From Hyphomicrobiales bacterium (GTDB lineage: Bacteria; Pseudomonadota; Alphaproteobacteria; Rhizobiales; Aestuariivirgaceae), in the NCBI GenBank assembly GCA_031359445.1, contig JANMAE010000071.1, positions 13,029 through 77,028 on the forward strand: 64,000 nucleotides of DNA. The letters run 5' to 3'. The first letter of the stretch is position 1; every line of letters begins with the position of its first letter. Shown here in pieces: positions 46,962 to 55,347 of this stretch. Under the pieces are notes generated by a model, which did no database searches, had not been told where the DNA came from, and saw only the letters and a list, made by a program, of their open reading frames with translations. Made by a program: the position numbers and the translations under genes.

Positions 46962-47750
46962 ATGCGCGCACTTTCAATCGCGGCGACAGGCATGAGCGCA
47001 CAGCAGCTCAATGTGGAAGTCATTGCCAACAATATTGCCAACATCAACACAACAGGATTCAAACGTGCACGCGCTGAATTCACCGACTTGCTGTACCAGG
47101 TAGAACGCACCAATGGCGTACCCAACAGCACCGGCACCAGTGCAATTCCCGAAGGCGCGCAACTTGGTCTGGGCACGCGGCTCGCAGCCATCCGAAATGT
47201 ACATGTGCAGGGTCCGCTTGCCAGCACCGGAAACAAATTCGACGTTGCAATCAATGGCACGGGTTGGTTTCAGGTGACAGGTCCTGATGGAGAAACCCTT
47301 TACACCCGTGATGGCGCTTTCAATACCAATGAAACGGGCAAAGTCGTGACGCTGGATGGATATGAAGTCCAGCCATCCCTGACAGTGCCGGCAAACACAG
47401 TAAGCGTGGCAATCAACAAGTCAGGCGAAGTCTACGCCCAAATCGCCGGCCAGACGGTTCCAACCCTCCTTGGACAATTGAGCCTTGCAAGCTTTCCCAA
47501 TTCTGCGGGTCTTGAAGAACTTGGCGGCAACCTGTTTCGCCAAACGGTTTCGTCGGGCTCGCCTGCAGCCGGTGTTCCAGGCCAGGTTGGTTTTGGCGCC
47601 ATTGAACAGGGCTACCTCGAAGGTTCAAATGTCGATCCCGTCAAGGAAATCACGGACCTCATTTCCGCACAACGTGCTTACGAGATAAATTCAAAAGTGA
47701 TCCAAGCTGCAGATGATATGGCAGGCACTGTGTCCAAAGGCCTTCGGTAA
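46962..47750 (+). CDS. flgG: Flagellar distal rod protein FlgG
   Basis: [34 protein letters not shown] and C-terminal [20 protein letters not shown]. Confidence 0.95.
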   Translation: MRALSIAATGMSAQQLNVEVIANNIANINTTGFKRARAEFTDLLYQVERTNGVPNSTGTSAIPEGAQLGLGTRLAAIRNVHVQGPLASTGNKFDVAINGTGWFQVTGPDGETLYTRDGAFNTNETGKVVTLDGYEVQPSLTVPANTVSVAINKSGEVYAQIAGQTVPTLLGQLSLASFPNSAGLEELGGNLFRQTVSSGSPAAGVPGQVGFGAIEQGYLEGSNVDPVKEITDLISAQRAYEINSKVIQAADDMAGTVSKGLR

Positions 47751-47755
47751 TTCCA

Positions 47756-48241
47756 ATGAGAGCAATAATGGCCACGCCGCATAAACCCATGCTCCTTGTC
47801 GCTGCGTCTTTAATGGCGGTGCTTATGACGGGGGTCACGGCTTTCGCAGAAACGTTGAACATCCCGGTGCCGACGTCGGTGATCTATCCCGGAGATCAGA
47901 TTATTGCGGCAAAACTTCTGGACAAGGAGTTCTTCGTGCCAGGCAACGCCGCAGCGAGCTATGTTCTTCTGCGCCCTCAAATTGAGGGCAAGTATGCCAA
48001 GCGTACGCTGCTGCCGGGAAAACCTATTCCCCTGGCATATTTGAAGCTGAAGGAGAGCGTTGTTCAGGGCGTACTCACACGAGCAACATTCCAGCAGAAT
48101 GGCCTGGAGATTTCAACCTATCTCATTCCGTTGCAATCGGGCACAGCAGGCGAATTGATCGACGCGCGTAACGCGGAATATGGACGGGTCATAAAGGCTT
48201 TGGTTAAAGAAGATGGCACGCTGCAGGTGGGCGGGCTATGA
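47756..48241 (+). CDS. flgA: Flagellar P-ring assembly chaperone FlgA
   Basis: Signal peptide, a SAF-like C-terminal region, and its position upstream of flgI. Confidence 0.7.
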   Translation: MRAIMATPHKPMLLVAASLMAVLMTGVTAFAETLNIPVPTSVIYPGDQIIAAKLLDKEFFVPGNAAASYVLLRPQIEGKYAKRTLLPGKPIPLAYLKLKESVVQGVLTRATFQQNGLEISTYLIPLQSGTAGELIDARNAEYGRVIKALVKEDGTLQVGGL

Positions 48242-49335
48242 AAACCGTGTCTTTGTTCCTTGCATTTCTGCTCAGTGTTACGCCTGCGCTGGCGCAGTCA
48301 AGGATCAAGGATATCACGTCCATCCAGGGTTTGCGTGACAATCAGCTTGTGGGTTACGGTTTGGTCATGGGGTTGCAGGCCACCGGCGACAGCCTCAGGA
48401 ACTCCCCTTTCACCGATCAGTCCATTCGCTCCATGTTGGACCGGCTGGGGATCAATGTCACTGCGGGCTCCGTGAAGTCAAAAAATGTTGCTGCAGTTGT
48501 TGTAACCGCCACGCTGCCTCCATTCGTAGCGCAAGGTGAACGCATCGATGTCACGATATCCTCGATCGGTGATGCCAGCTCCCTGGCTGGCGGCCAGCTC
48601 GTCATGACACCGCTCGTAGCCGCTGACGGGCAGGCTTACGCCGTGGCTCAAGGCCCGGTTTCCATTTCAGCATTTACTGCGTCCGGAGATGCCGAGAAGC
48701 TTTCCGAAGGCGTCCCTACGTCAGGGCGCATCGCCAATGGCGCGCTGATAGAGCGTGAACTTGTAGGCGAGTTCAACGCATTGGCCAGCATAACGTTGCA
48801 GATACGCAATCCAGACTTTGCAACGGCTGTTGGGATTTCTGACAAAATCAATGAATACTCACGCAAGAGATTTGGGGAAGCCATAGCCTCCGAACAGGAT
48901 TTCAGAACGGTATTCGTAAAAAAGCCGAAGAAGATTACGGTTTCACGGCTGGCGGCAGAACTTGGCGAACTCGAAGTTGAACCAGATAGTCCAGCACGGA
49001 TTGTGATCGACGAAAAGAGCGGAACAATCGTCATCGGCGACAAAGTCAAGCTTTCGACCATTGCAGTGACGCATGGCAATCTCACGGTCCGCATTACGGA
49101 GAAACCATCCATTTCCCAGCCCTTGCCGGACAGCAAAGGTCAAACCGCTGCCGTTCCATCAACGCAGATACGTACGACGCAAACCGGCGGCCAGCTGGCA
49201 ATCATTGACGGTCCTAATCTGGAAAGCCTTGTTGATGGTTTAAATCAAATAGGTTTGAAGCCGACCGGCATTATTGCCATCCTCCAAGCCATCAAGACGG
49301 CAGGAGCGCTGCAAGGCGAATTGGTGGTGCAATGA
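48238..49335 (+). CDS. flgI: Flagellar P-ring protein FlgI
   Basis: Signal peptide followed by RIKDITSIQGLRDNQLVGYGLVMGL, and C-terminal ILQAIKTAGALQGELVV. Confidence 0.95.
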   Translation: MKTVSLFLAFLLSVTPALAQSRIKDITSIQGLRDNQLVGYGLVMGLQATGDSLRNSPFTDQSIRSMLDRLGINVTAGSVKSKNVAAVVVTATLPPFVAQGERIDVTISSIGDASSLAGGQLVMTPLVAADGQAYAVAQGPVSISAFTASGDAEKLSEGVPTSGRIANGALIERELVGEFNALASITLQIRNPDFATAVGISDKINEYSRKRFGEAIASEQDFRTVFVKKPKKITVSRLAAELGELEVEPDSPARIVIDEKSGTIVIGDKVKLSTIAVTHGNLTVRITEKPSISQPLPDSKGQTAAVPSTQIRTTQTGGQLAIIDGPNLESLVDGLNQIGLKPTGIIAILQAIKTAGALQGELVVQ

Positions 49336-49862
49336 GAACTCACAGTCGAGCTTTTATTCTGGCGTGTCTTCTGTTTTATGCGCCTCTTGCGGCAATTGCT
49401 TCGGAATCAGAGGACGCTGCGAAAGAGGCGCCAGTGGCCGTAAGCACTCCGGTAGCACCTGCCCCGCCTGACGATTACTGCGCAAATATCAGCGATTTTG
49501 CAAAGGACGCCCGATATGTCCTGCAAATGAAAACTCTCACAGATCTGCAAAGCCAGATTGATAAAAAAATCACCAAGTTAGAAGCCGTGAAAGGTGAGAA
49601 TGCGGCTCTGCTGAAAAAGCGCGACGAGGAATCCAGGAAAACCGAGCAAAGCCTGGTGGATATATTTGCCAAGATGAAGCCAGATGTTGCCGCAGCGCAA
49701 TTTGAAATTCTCGACGTGGAAACCTCGGCCTCCATTCTCAAACGACTGAATGCTCGCGCGGCCAGCACAATACTTAACGAGATGAAAGCACCAATCGCCG
49801 CCGCAATTACAATCAAGATGGCAGAGCCCATCAGTGAATTGAAAACAGGTAATGGTACATGA
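49332..49862 (+). CDS. motE: MotE-like periplasmic protein (MotC chaperone in Sinorhizobium)
   Basis: Signal peptide and a coiled-coil/MgtE-N-like region. Its position between flgI and flgH matches S. meliloti. Confidence 0.55.
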   Translation: MRTHSRAFILACLLFYAPLAAIASESEDAAKEAPVAVSTPVAPAPPDDYCANISDFAKDARYVLQMKTLTDLQSQIDKKITKLEAVKGENAALLKKRDEESRKTEQSLVDIFAKMKPDVAAAQFEILDVETSASILKRLNARAASTILNEMKAPIAAAITIKMAEPISELKTGNGT

Positions 49863-50560
49863 AAATCGCAGTTTCCCTTGTTGTTGCATCCCTGTTGCTG
49901 TCTGCCTGCGGACATCAGTTCGATGAACTCGCTGGTCCGCCGAAGCTTTCGCCCGTAGGCTCGGGCCTTGCCGGCAGTAGTTCCGGCGATGTCGTGCACC
50001 TCTATCCCGTCTCCCAGGATACGCAATCAAACTGGATTGGCGGCTCGGCGGATTTCTTCCGGGATCGCCGCGCCCACAATGTGGGTGATATCTTGACGGT
50101 GGAGATTTCCATCAACGACAAGGCCGCTCTCAGCAACAATTCCAACCTCTCGCGGAAATCGAGCGCTGACGCAAATCTGGGCTTGACCTATGACATCATG
50201 GGTGTGGTCGGCGCTAATACCAACGCCAAAGGTGACGTCAATTCAAACTCCGCGTCCGCGGGGCAGGGCACCACCGCCCGTTCAGAAAAAATTGAATTGT
50301 CTGTGGCAGCCGTCGTCACCGGAGTCCTGCCGAACGGTTACCTTGTCATCAAGGGAACCCAGGAAATTCAGGTAAATTATGAACAACGGCTGTTGAGCAT
50401 CTCGGGAATTGTGCATCCCAGAAACATTTCTGATGATGGCACCGTTGCCTACGACAAGGTTGCCGAAGCCCGCATTTCCTACGGTGGCCAAGGTGCCATT
50501 CAGGATGTTCAAAAGCCGGGCTGGGGCCACAGGTTGTTGAACAAACTTACTCCGTTCTAG
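49859..50560 (+). CDS. flgH: Flagellar L-ring lipoprotein FlgH
   Basis: Lipobox LLLSAC, then DRRAHNVGDILTVEI and GNGYLVIKGTQEIQVN motifs. Confidence 0.9.
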   Translation: MKIAVSLVVASLLLSACGHQFDELAGPPKLSPVGSGLAGSSSGDVVHLYPVSQDTQSNWIGGSADFFRDRRAHNVGDILTVEISINDKAALSNNSNLSRKSSADANLGLTYDIMGVVGANTNAKGDVNSNSASAGQGTTARSEKIELSVAAVVTGVLPNGYLVIKGTQEIQVNYEQRLLSISGIVHPRNISDDGTVAYDKVAEARISYGGQGAIQDVQKPGWGHRLLNKLTPF

Positions 50561-50578
50561 AAGGGCCGGACTTCAGAC

Positions 50579-51100
50579 ATGGCGAAGCCAAATGACAAGA
50601 AAACCGAAGAAGGCAAAGCGGCGAAACCGTCCATCATGGCGGTGCTGCTGCCGGTTTTGGTCTTGACCCTCATTGCAGGGGGCGGTGGCTTTGCGGTTGC
50701 AACTGTCTTGAAGTCACGCACATCTCCACCGCCAGCGGCCGATGGAGCGGCAAAGGAAACGGTGAAAGAAGGAGATGCCGCCTTGCCTCCTGGAAACGAA
50801 GGCAATGGTGGCCTCATCAAGCAATTGGCGCCCATCATAACCAATCTGGCATCCCCCAAGGATACCTGGATGCGCTTAGAGGTTTCATTGGTCGTAAAGC
50901 CCGAAGCCCAAGCTGAACTGGACATGCTGGCGGTCAAATCCAGCGATGCGCTCTTGACCATGCTGCGCACCGTCAACCTTGCCCAGATTGAGGGGCCGAG
51001 CGGTTTTCTCCACTTCAAGGAAGATATCAACGACCTCTTGCGTGTGAATTCGGAAAACAAGGTGGCCCAGGTGCTCATAAACTCCATGGTCGTGGAATGA
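50579..51100 (+). CDS. fliL: Flagellar basal body-associated protein FliL
   Basis: Single N-terminal TM and a C-terminal FliL-like domain (ITNLASPKDTWMRLEVSLVV). Confidence 0.8.
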   Translation: MAKPNDKKTEEGKAAKPSIMAVLLPVLVLTLIAGGGGFAVATVLKSRTSPPPAADGAAKETVKEGDAALPPGNEGNGGLIKQLAPIITNLASPKDTWMRLEVSLVVKPEAQAELDMLAVKSSDALLTMLRTVNLAQIEGPSGFLHFKEDINDLLRVNSENKVAQVLINSMVVE

Positions 51101-51834
51101 TGAGGTTACTGGCACTCTTCATATCTTTTCTGCTGATGACAAAGGCTGCTGGCGCACAGGTCCCACAGCTCGGCGACCTGCTGCCTGGAACTGATGCACC
51201 CACCACTGGCCGCATCATTCAATACGTGCTGCTATTGACGGTTCTTGCCGTGGCTCCGAGCATACTGGTGATGGTGACAAGTTTTACCCGGTTCATCGTT
51301 GCCTTCTCCTTCCTGCGTTCAGCGCTTGGCATGCAAAGCACACCGGCAAACCTGGTCATTACCAGTCTCTCGCTTTTTCTTACTTTCTTCGTGATGACGC
51401 CGGTCTTTGACAAATCTTGGAGGGAAGGTCTGCAGCCCCTTTTGGAGAACAAGCTTACCGAGACGGAAGCTTCCGAAAAAATCACTGATCCCTTTCGCGA
51501 CTTCATGCTGGGGCAGGTGCGGGAAAAAGATTTTGTGATGTTCAAGAATCTTGCCAATGAGAAATTTGGCGCTGTAGCAGAAAATTCCAAACCTGAACTC
51601 CGGGTCCTGGTGCCGGCCTTCATGGTTTCCGAACTAAGGCGCGGTTTTGAAATCGGCTTTTTGATTTCATTGCCATTTCTGATCATAGACCTGATCGTGG
51701 CCACCATCACCATGTCCATGGGAATGATGATGCTGCCACCCACAGTCATATCCCTTCCCTTCAAGGTGCTTTTCTTTGTTCTGATAGACGGCTGGAGCAT
51801 GCTGGCCGGCAGCTTGATAAAATCGTTTTCGTGA
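51097..51834 (+). CDS. fliP: Flagellar type III export protein FliP
   Basis: Conserved SFTRFIVAFSFLRSALGMQSTP, FMVSELRRGFEIGFLI, and PFKVLFFVLIDGW. Confidence 0.95.
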   Translation: MMRLLALFISFLLMTKAAGAQVPQLGDLLPGTDAPTTGRIIQYVLLLTVLAVAPSILVMVTSFTRFIVAFSFLRSALGMQSTPANLVITSLSLFLTFFVMTPVFDKSWREGLQPLLENKLTETEASEKITDPFRDFMLGQVREKDFVMFKNLANEKFGAVAENSKPELRVLVPAFMVSELRRGFEIGFLISLPFLIIDLIVATITMSMGMMMLPPTVISLPFKVLFFVLIDGWSMLAGSLIKSFS

Positions 51835-51892
51835 GTCTGTGTTGAGCGTTGTGAGTATGGGTAAGTCAACGGTGGAGGGGAGCGGTATTTCC

Positions 51893-51938
51893 CTAGGTAT
51901 TATGCCGATCCAGCGTGCCGGTCGAAACCCGGATGTCC
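51893..51938 (+). promoter_or_regulatory. Conserved flagellin upstream element, copy 1
   Basis: CTAGGTAT...GCC...CCGGT-N5-CCGGATGTCC. The CTAGGTAT lies 82 nt upstream of the start codon. Confidence 0.45.
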
Positions 51939-51974
51939 TGACCTCGCAATTCACATTCTAAGGACATACCAATC

Positions 51975-52916
51975 ATGGTAAGCATTCTCACTAACGTATC
52001 TGCTATGACGGCGCTACAGAGCCTTAACAAAACCAACATGTCGATGGAAGCAACGCAAAAGCGTATTTCAACCGGTTATCGTGTGGGTTCCGCGGAGGAC
52101 AATGCCGCATATTGGTCCATTGCCACAACCATGCGTTCTGACAATTCCGCGCTTTCAACGGTGAAAGATGCATTGGGACTGGGCGCTGCAACAATTGATG
52201 TAGCCTATACCGCGATTAACAGCGCCATTGAAGTCACCAAGGCCATAAAGAACAAACTCGTGGCCGCGCGCCAACCAGGTGTGGACCGCACAAAAATTCA
52301 ATCTGAAGTCACCGAGTTGCAAAACCAGCTCAAGAGCATTTCGGATTCCGCTGTTTTCTCGGGAGAAAATTGGCTCTCAACCGATTCATCATCGCCAAAC
52401 TACAATCCCACTAAAACCATCGTATCATCTTTTTCCCGGACCAATGGCGCCATCACCATTGGCACGATCTCCATCGATGTTTCCAAAATACAATTCTATG
52501 ACACTGGCGCTGGCGCAACTCAAGTCGGCATTGTTGACGGCCTACGGGACGCCACAGGTGCCATCAGCGCAACGGGCACATTCAATGTGGCAACTCTGAA
52601 TGTGTCCGCTCTTACCGACAGTGCTGTCGACATCGCCACCTTGCAGGAATATATTGTCGGCACGGATAAATCGATTTCGGAAATGACCAATTCTGCAAGC
52701 ATATTGGGTGCGACTAAGCAGCGGGTAACGCTTCAGCAAAATTTTGTCACCGCTCTCATGGATGCAGTTGACCGTGGCATTAGTACATTGATTGATGCAG
52801 ACATGACTGAAGAGTCTACAAAGCTTCAAGCTTTGCAAGTGCAGCAGCAGCTGGGTATTCAATCGCTGAGCATTGCAAACCAAAGCAGCCAGAACATCCT
52901 TGCGCTGTTCAAGTAA
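51975..52916 (+). CDS. Flagellin (paralogue 1, the most divergent)
   Basis: N-terminal ILTNVSAMTALQSLNKTN...AEDNAAYWSIATTMRSDN and C-terminal LQALQVQQQLGIQSLSIANQ. Confidence 0.95.
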   Translation: MVSILTNVSAMTALQSLNKTNMSMEATQKRISTGYRVGSAEDNAAYWSIATTMRSDNSALSTVKDALGLGAATIDVAYTAINSAIEVTKAIKNKLVAARQPGVDRTKIQSEVTELQNQLKSISDSAVFSGENWLSTDSSSPNYNPTKTIVSSFSRTNGAITIGTISIDVSKIQFYDTGAGATQVGIVDGLRDATGAISATGTFNVATLNVSALTDSAVDIATLQEYIVGTDKSISEMTNSASILGATKQRVTLQQNFVTALMDAVDRGISTLIDADMTEESTKLQALQVQQQLGIQSLSIANQSSQNILALFK

Positions 52917-52940
52917 GAAAGTTGGCTCCTTAAGATTACA

Positions 52941-52980
52941 GAAGCGGCAAAATCTTCATTGGCCGCTTCGGTATCTTTTA
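52941..52980 (+). terminator. Rho-independent terminator after flagellin 1
   Basis: GAAGCGGC / GCCGCTTC 8-bp stem followed by a T-rich tail (GGTATCTTTT). Confidence 0.6.
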
Positions 52981-53062
52981 ACGGAAATTAACTAAGCTTT
53001 TTAGTAAATTGTCAGACTTTGCACGTTAAATCATCCCCATGTCAGGTTGAGCCAGCGCGCTC

Positions 53063-53108
53063 CTAGGTATCACGCCCTCCTGTTCCACCGGTTAAATCCG
53101 GAATGTCC
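53063..53108 (+). promoter_or_regulatory. Conserved flagellin upstream element, copy 2
   Basis: CTAGGTATCACGCC...CCGGTTAAATCCGGAATGTCC. The CTAGGTAT lies 82 nt upstream of the start codon. Confidence 0.45.
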
Positions 53109-53144
53109 TTCCAGTTTGTAACGAGTAAATAAGGACGAGTAACC

Positions 53145-54092
53145 ATGTCGAGCATCAACACGAACGTTTCAGCCATGACCGCTTTGCAAAGTCTGAACAA
53201 GACCAATGCGGCAATGGAAATGACAAGCAAGCGCATTTCAACTGGCTACAAGGTGAGTTCCGCTGAGGATAACGCCGCCTATTGGTCGATCGCGACGACC
53301 ATGCGTTCAGATAATTCCGCACTTTCAACCGTGAAAGATGCACTGGGTTTGGGTGCTGCAACAATTGATGTGGCATACACTGCTACCAACAGCGCCATTG
53401 ATGTAACAAAAGAAATCAAGAATAAGCTTGTAGCCGCCCGGCAGCCCGGCGTGGACCGCACCAAGATCCAATCAGAAGTTGCCGAGCTACAGAACCAGCT
53501 GAAAAGCATCGGGGACTCCGCTGTTTTCTCTGGCCAGAACTGGCTCTCAACGAATTCTTCGGCTACAGGTTACAACGCCTCCAAATCCATCGTGGCATCT
53601 TTCTCGCGTGACTCTGCGGGTGCCGTTGCTGTGGGAACAATCACTGTAGATACATCCAAGACAAAACTTTTTGACGCTGGCGCAGGTGCAACCGAGGTTG
53701 GCATCGTTGATGGAATGCGCGACGCATCCACGGGCGCTGTCAGCGCAACCGGAACTTTCAGCGTTGCGGCCCTTGATGTATCCGCCCTGACCGACAGTGC
53801 AGCCGACCTCACGAAGCTCGAAGGCTTTATCGCAGGCGTCGATAAATCAATTTCCGAGATGACGGATTCAGCCAGTACGCTGGGTGCAACCAAGCAACGT
53901 GTTGGCCTGCAGAAAGACTTCATCAGTGCGCTTATGGATGCAGTTGATCGCGGTATCAGTACGCTCGTCGATGCCGATATGACGCAGGAGTCCACCAAAC
54001 TCCAGGCATTGCAGGTCCAGCAGCAACTCGGCATTCAATCCCTAAGTATTGCCAACCAGCAGGGCCAGAGCATCCTCTCACTCTTCCGGTAA
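53145..54092 (+). CDS. Flagellin (paralogue 2)
   Basis: Conserved flagellin N- and C-terminal domains. Very similar to paralogue 3 at both ends. Confidence 0.95.
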   Translation: MSSINTNVSAMTALQSLNKTNAAMEMTSKRISTGYKVSSAEDNAAYWSIATTMRSDNSALSTVKDALGLGAATIDVAYTATNSAIDVTKEIKNKLVAARQPGVDRTKIQSEVAELQNQLKSIGDSAVFSGQNWLSTNSSATGYNASKSIVASFSRDSAGAVAVGTITVDTSKTKLFDAGAGATEVGIVDGMRDASTGAVSATGTFSVAALDVSALTDSAADLTKLEGFIAGVDKSISEMTDSASTLGATKQRVGLQKDFISALMDAVDRGISTLVDADMTQESTKLQALQVQQQLGIQSLSIANQQGQSILSLFR

Positions 54093-54122
54093 TTCCGAAC
54101 TGCGTAAGCTTCTCGAAAGATA

Positions 54123-54155
54123 GCCGCAATCCTAAAAGGGTTGCGGCATTTTCCG
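54123..54155 (+). terminator. Rho-independent terminator after flagellin 2
   Basis: GCCGCAA / TTGCGGC stem followed by ATTTTCCGTTT. Confidence 0.6.
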
Positions 54156-54217
54156 TTTAGGGGATTGTAAACCATAGATCGCTATGGTGAATGAATATCA
54201 GGCTGAGCCCTTGGCTC

Positions 54218-54264
54218 CTAGGTATCAGGCCGCCCTGCTTTTCCGGTGCAAGTCCGGGATATCC
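54218..54264 (+). promoter_or_regulatory. Conserved flagellin upstream element, copy 3
   Basis: CTAGGTATCAGGCC...CCGGTGCAAGTCCGGGATATCC. The CTAGGTAT lies 85 nt upstream of the start codon. Confidence 0.45.
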
Positions 54265-54302
54265 CCTTTTCCGCCAGTTCCAGCAAATGAGGACAAGTTA
54301 CA

Positions 54303-55250
54303 ATGACGAGTATCAACACGAACGTATCAGCCATGACCGCCTTGCAGAGTCTGAACAAGACCAATGCGGCAATGGAAATTACCAGCAAGCGAATTTCTAC
54401 CGGCTACAAGGTGAGTTCCGCTGAGGATAACGCCGCCTATTGGTCCATCGCCACCACCATGCGTTCAGACAATTCAGCCCTTTCAACCGTGAAAGATGCC
54501 TTGGGTTTGGGCGCTGCAACAATTGATGTGGCCTACACGGCCACGAACAGCGCCATAGACGTGGCCAAGGAAATCAAGAACAAACTGGTGGCCGCCCGTC
54601 AGCCAGGCGTGGACCGCACCAAAATCCAGTCAGAAGTGACCGAATTGCAGAACCAATTGAAAAGCATCGGCGATTCCGCTGTTTTCTCTGGCCAGAACTG
54701 GCTCTCCACCGACTCCTCAGCGGTAAACTATAACGCTTCAAAGACAATCGTTGCGTCCTTTACCCGCGATTCCGCAGGCGCCGTTTCCATTGGCACCATC
54801 AGTATCGACACTGCCGGAACCAAACTCTACGATGCTGGCGCAGGCGCTACGCAAGTAGGCATTGTTGATGCATTGCGCAACGCCACCACTGGCGCTGTGA
54901 GCGCAACGGGTACGTTTAGTGTTGCAACCCTCGACATATCCACGCTGACAGACAGTGCTGCCGACATTACTACGCTGGAAGGTTACATCTCCGGAGCCGA
55001 TGCCTCGATCACTGAAATGACAGGATCGGCCAGCACCTTGGGCGCCACAAAACAGCGCGTTGGTCTGCAGAAAGACTTTGTAACCGCACTCATGGATGCA
55101 GTTGAACGCGGTATCAGCACGCTTGTGGATGCCGACATGACGCAGGAATCCACCAAACTCCAGGCATTGCAGGTCCAGCAGCAGCTTGGTATTCAATCCC
55201 TGAGCATTGCCAACCAGCAGGGCCAGAGCATCCTCTCGCTCTTCCGGTAA
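54303..55250 (+). CDS. Flagellin (paralogue 3)
   Basis: Conserved flagellin N- and C-terminal domains. Confidence 0.95.
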   Translation: MTSINTNVSAMTALQSLNKTNAAMEITSKRISTGYKVSSAEDNAAYWSIATTMRSDNSALSTVKDALGLGAATIDVAYTATNSAIDVAKEIKNKLVAARQPGVDRTKIQSEVTELQNQLKSIGDSAVFSGQNWLSTDSSAVNYNASKTIVASFTRDSAGAVSIGTISIDTAGTKLYDAGAGATQVGIVDALRNATTGAVSATGTFSVATLDISTLTDSAADITTLEGYISGADASITEMTGSASTLGATKQRVGLQKDFVTALMDAVERGISTLVDADMTQESTKLQALQVQQQLGIQSLSIANQQGQSILSLFR

Positions 55251-55280
55251 ACTTTTCTACATTTCAATATTTCTAACCGA

Positions 55281-55310
55281 GGCCGCAGCCCTGAATGACT
55301 GCGGCCTTTC
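55281..55310 (+). terminator. Rho-independent terminator after flagellin 3
   Basis: GGCCGCAG / CTGCGGCC 8-bp stem followed by TTTC. Confidence 0.55.
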
Positions 55311-55347
55311 CATGCTTGCAATGCTCACACAAGTTTGCACGCAGATT

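Noticed and set aside
51905-51910. GCCGAT upstream of flagellin 1, resembling the -10 element of sigma-28 (GCCGATAA) promoters.
   Set aside because: It is present in only one of the three otherwise conserved upstream elements. No TAAA-type -35 lies at the correct spacing, and no fliA gene is visible in the window.
51975-55250. The tandem repeat structure of about 1.15-kb units as a possible repeat array or CRISPR-like or mobile feature.
   Set aside because: The units are complete flagellin genes with their own promoters and terminators. This is ordinary paralogous gene duplication.
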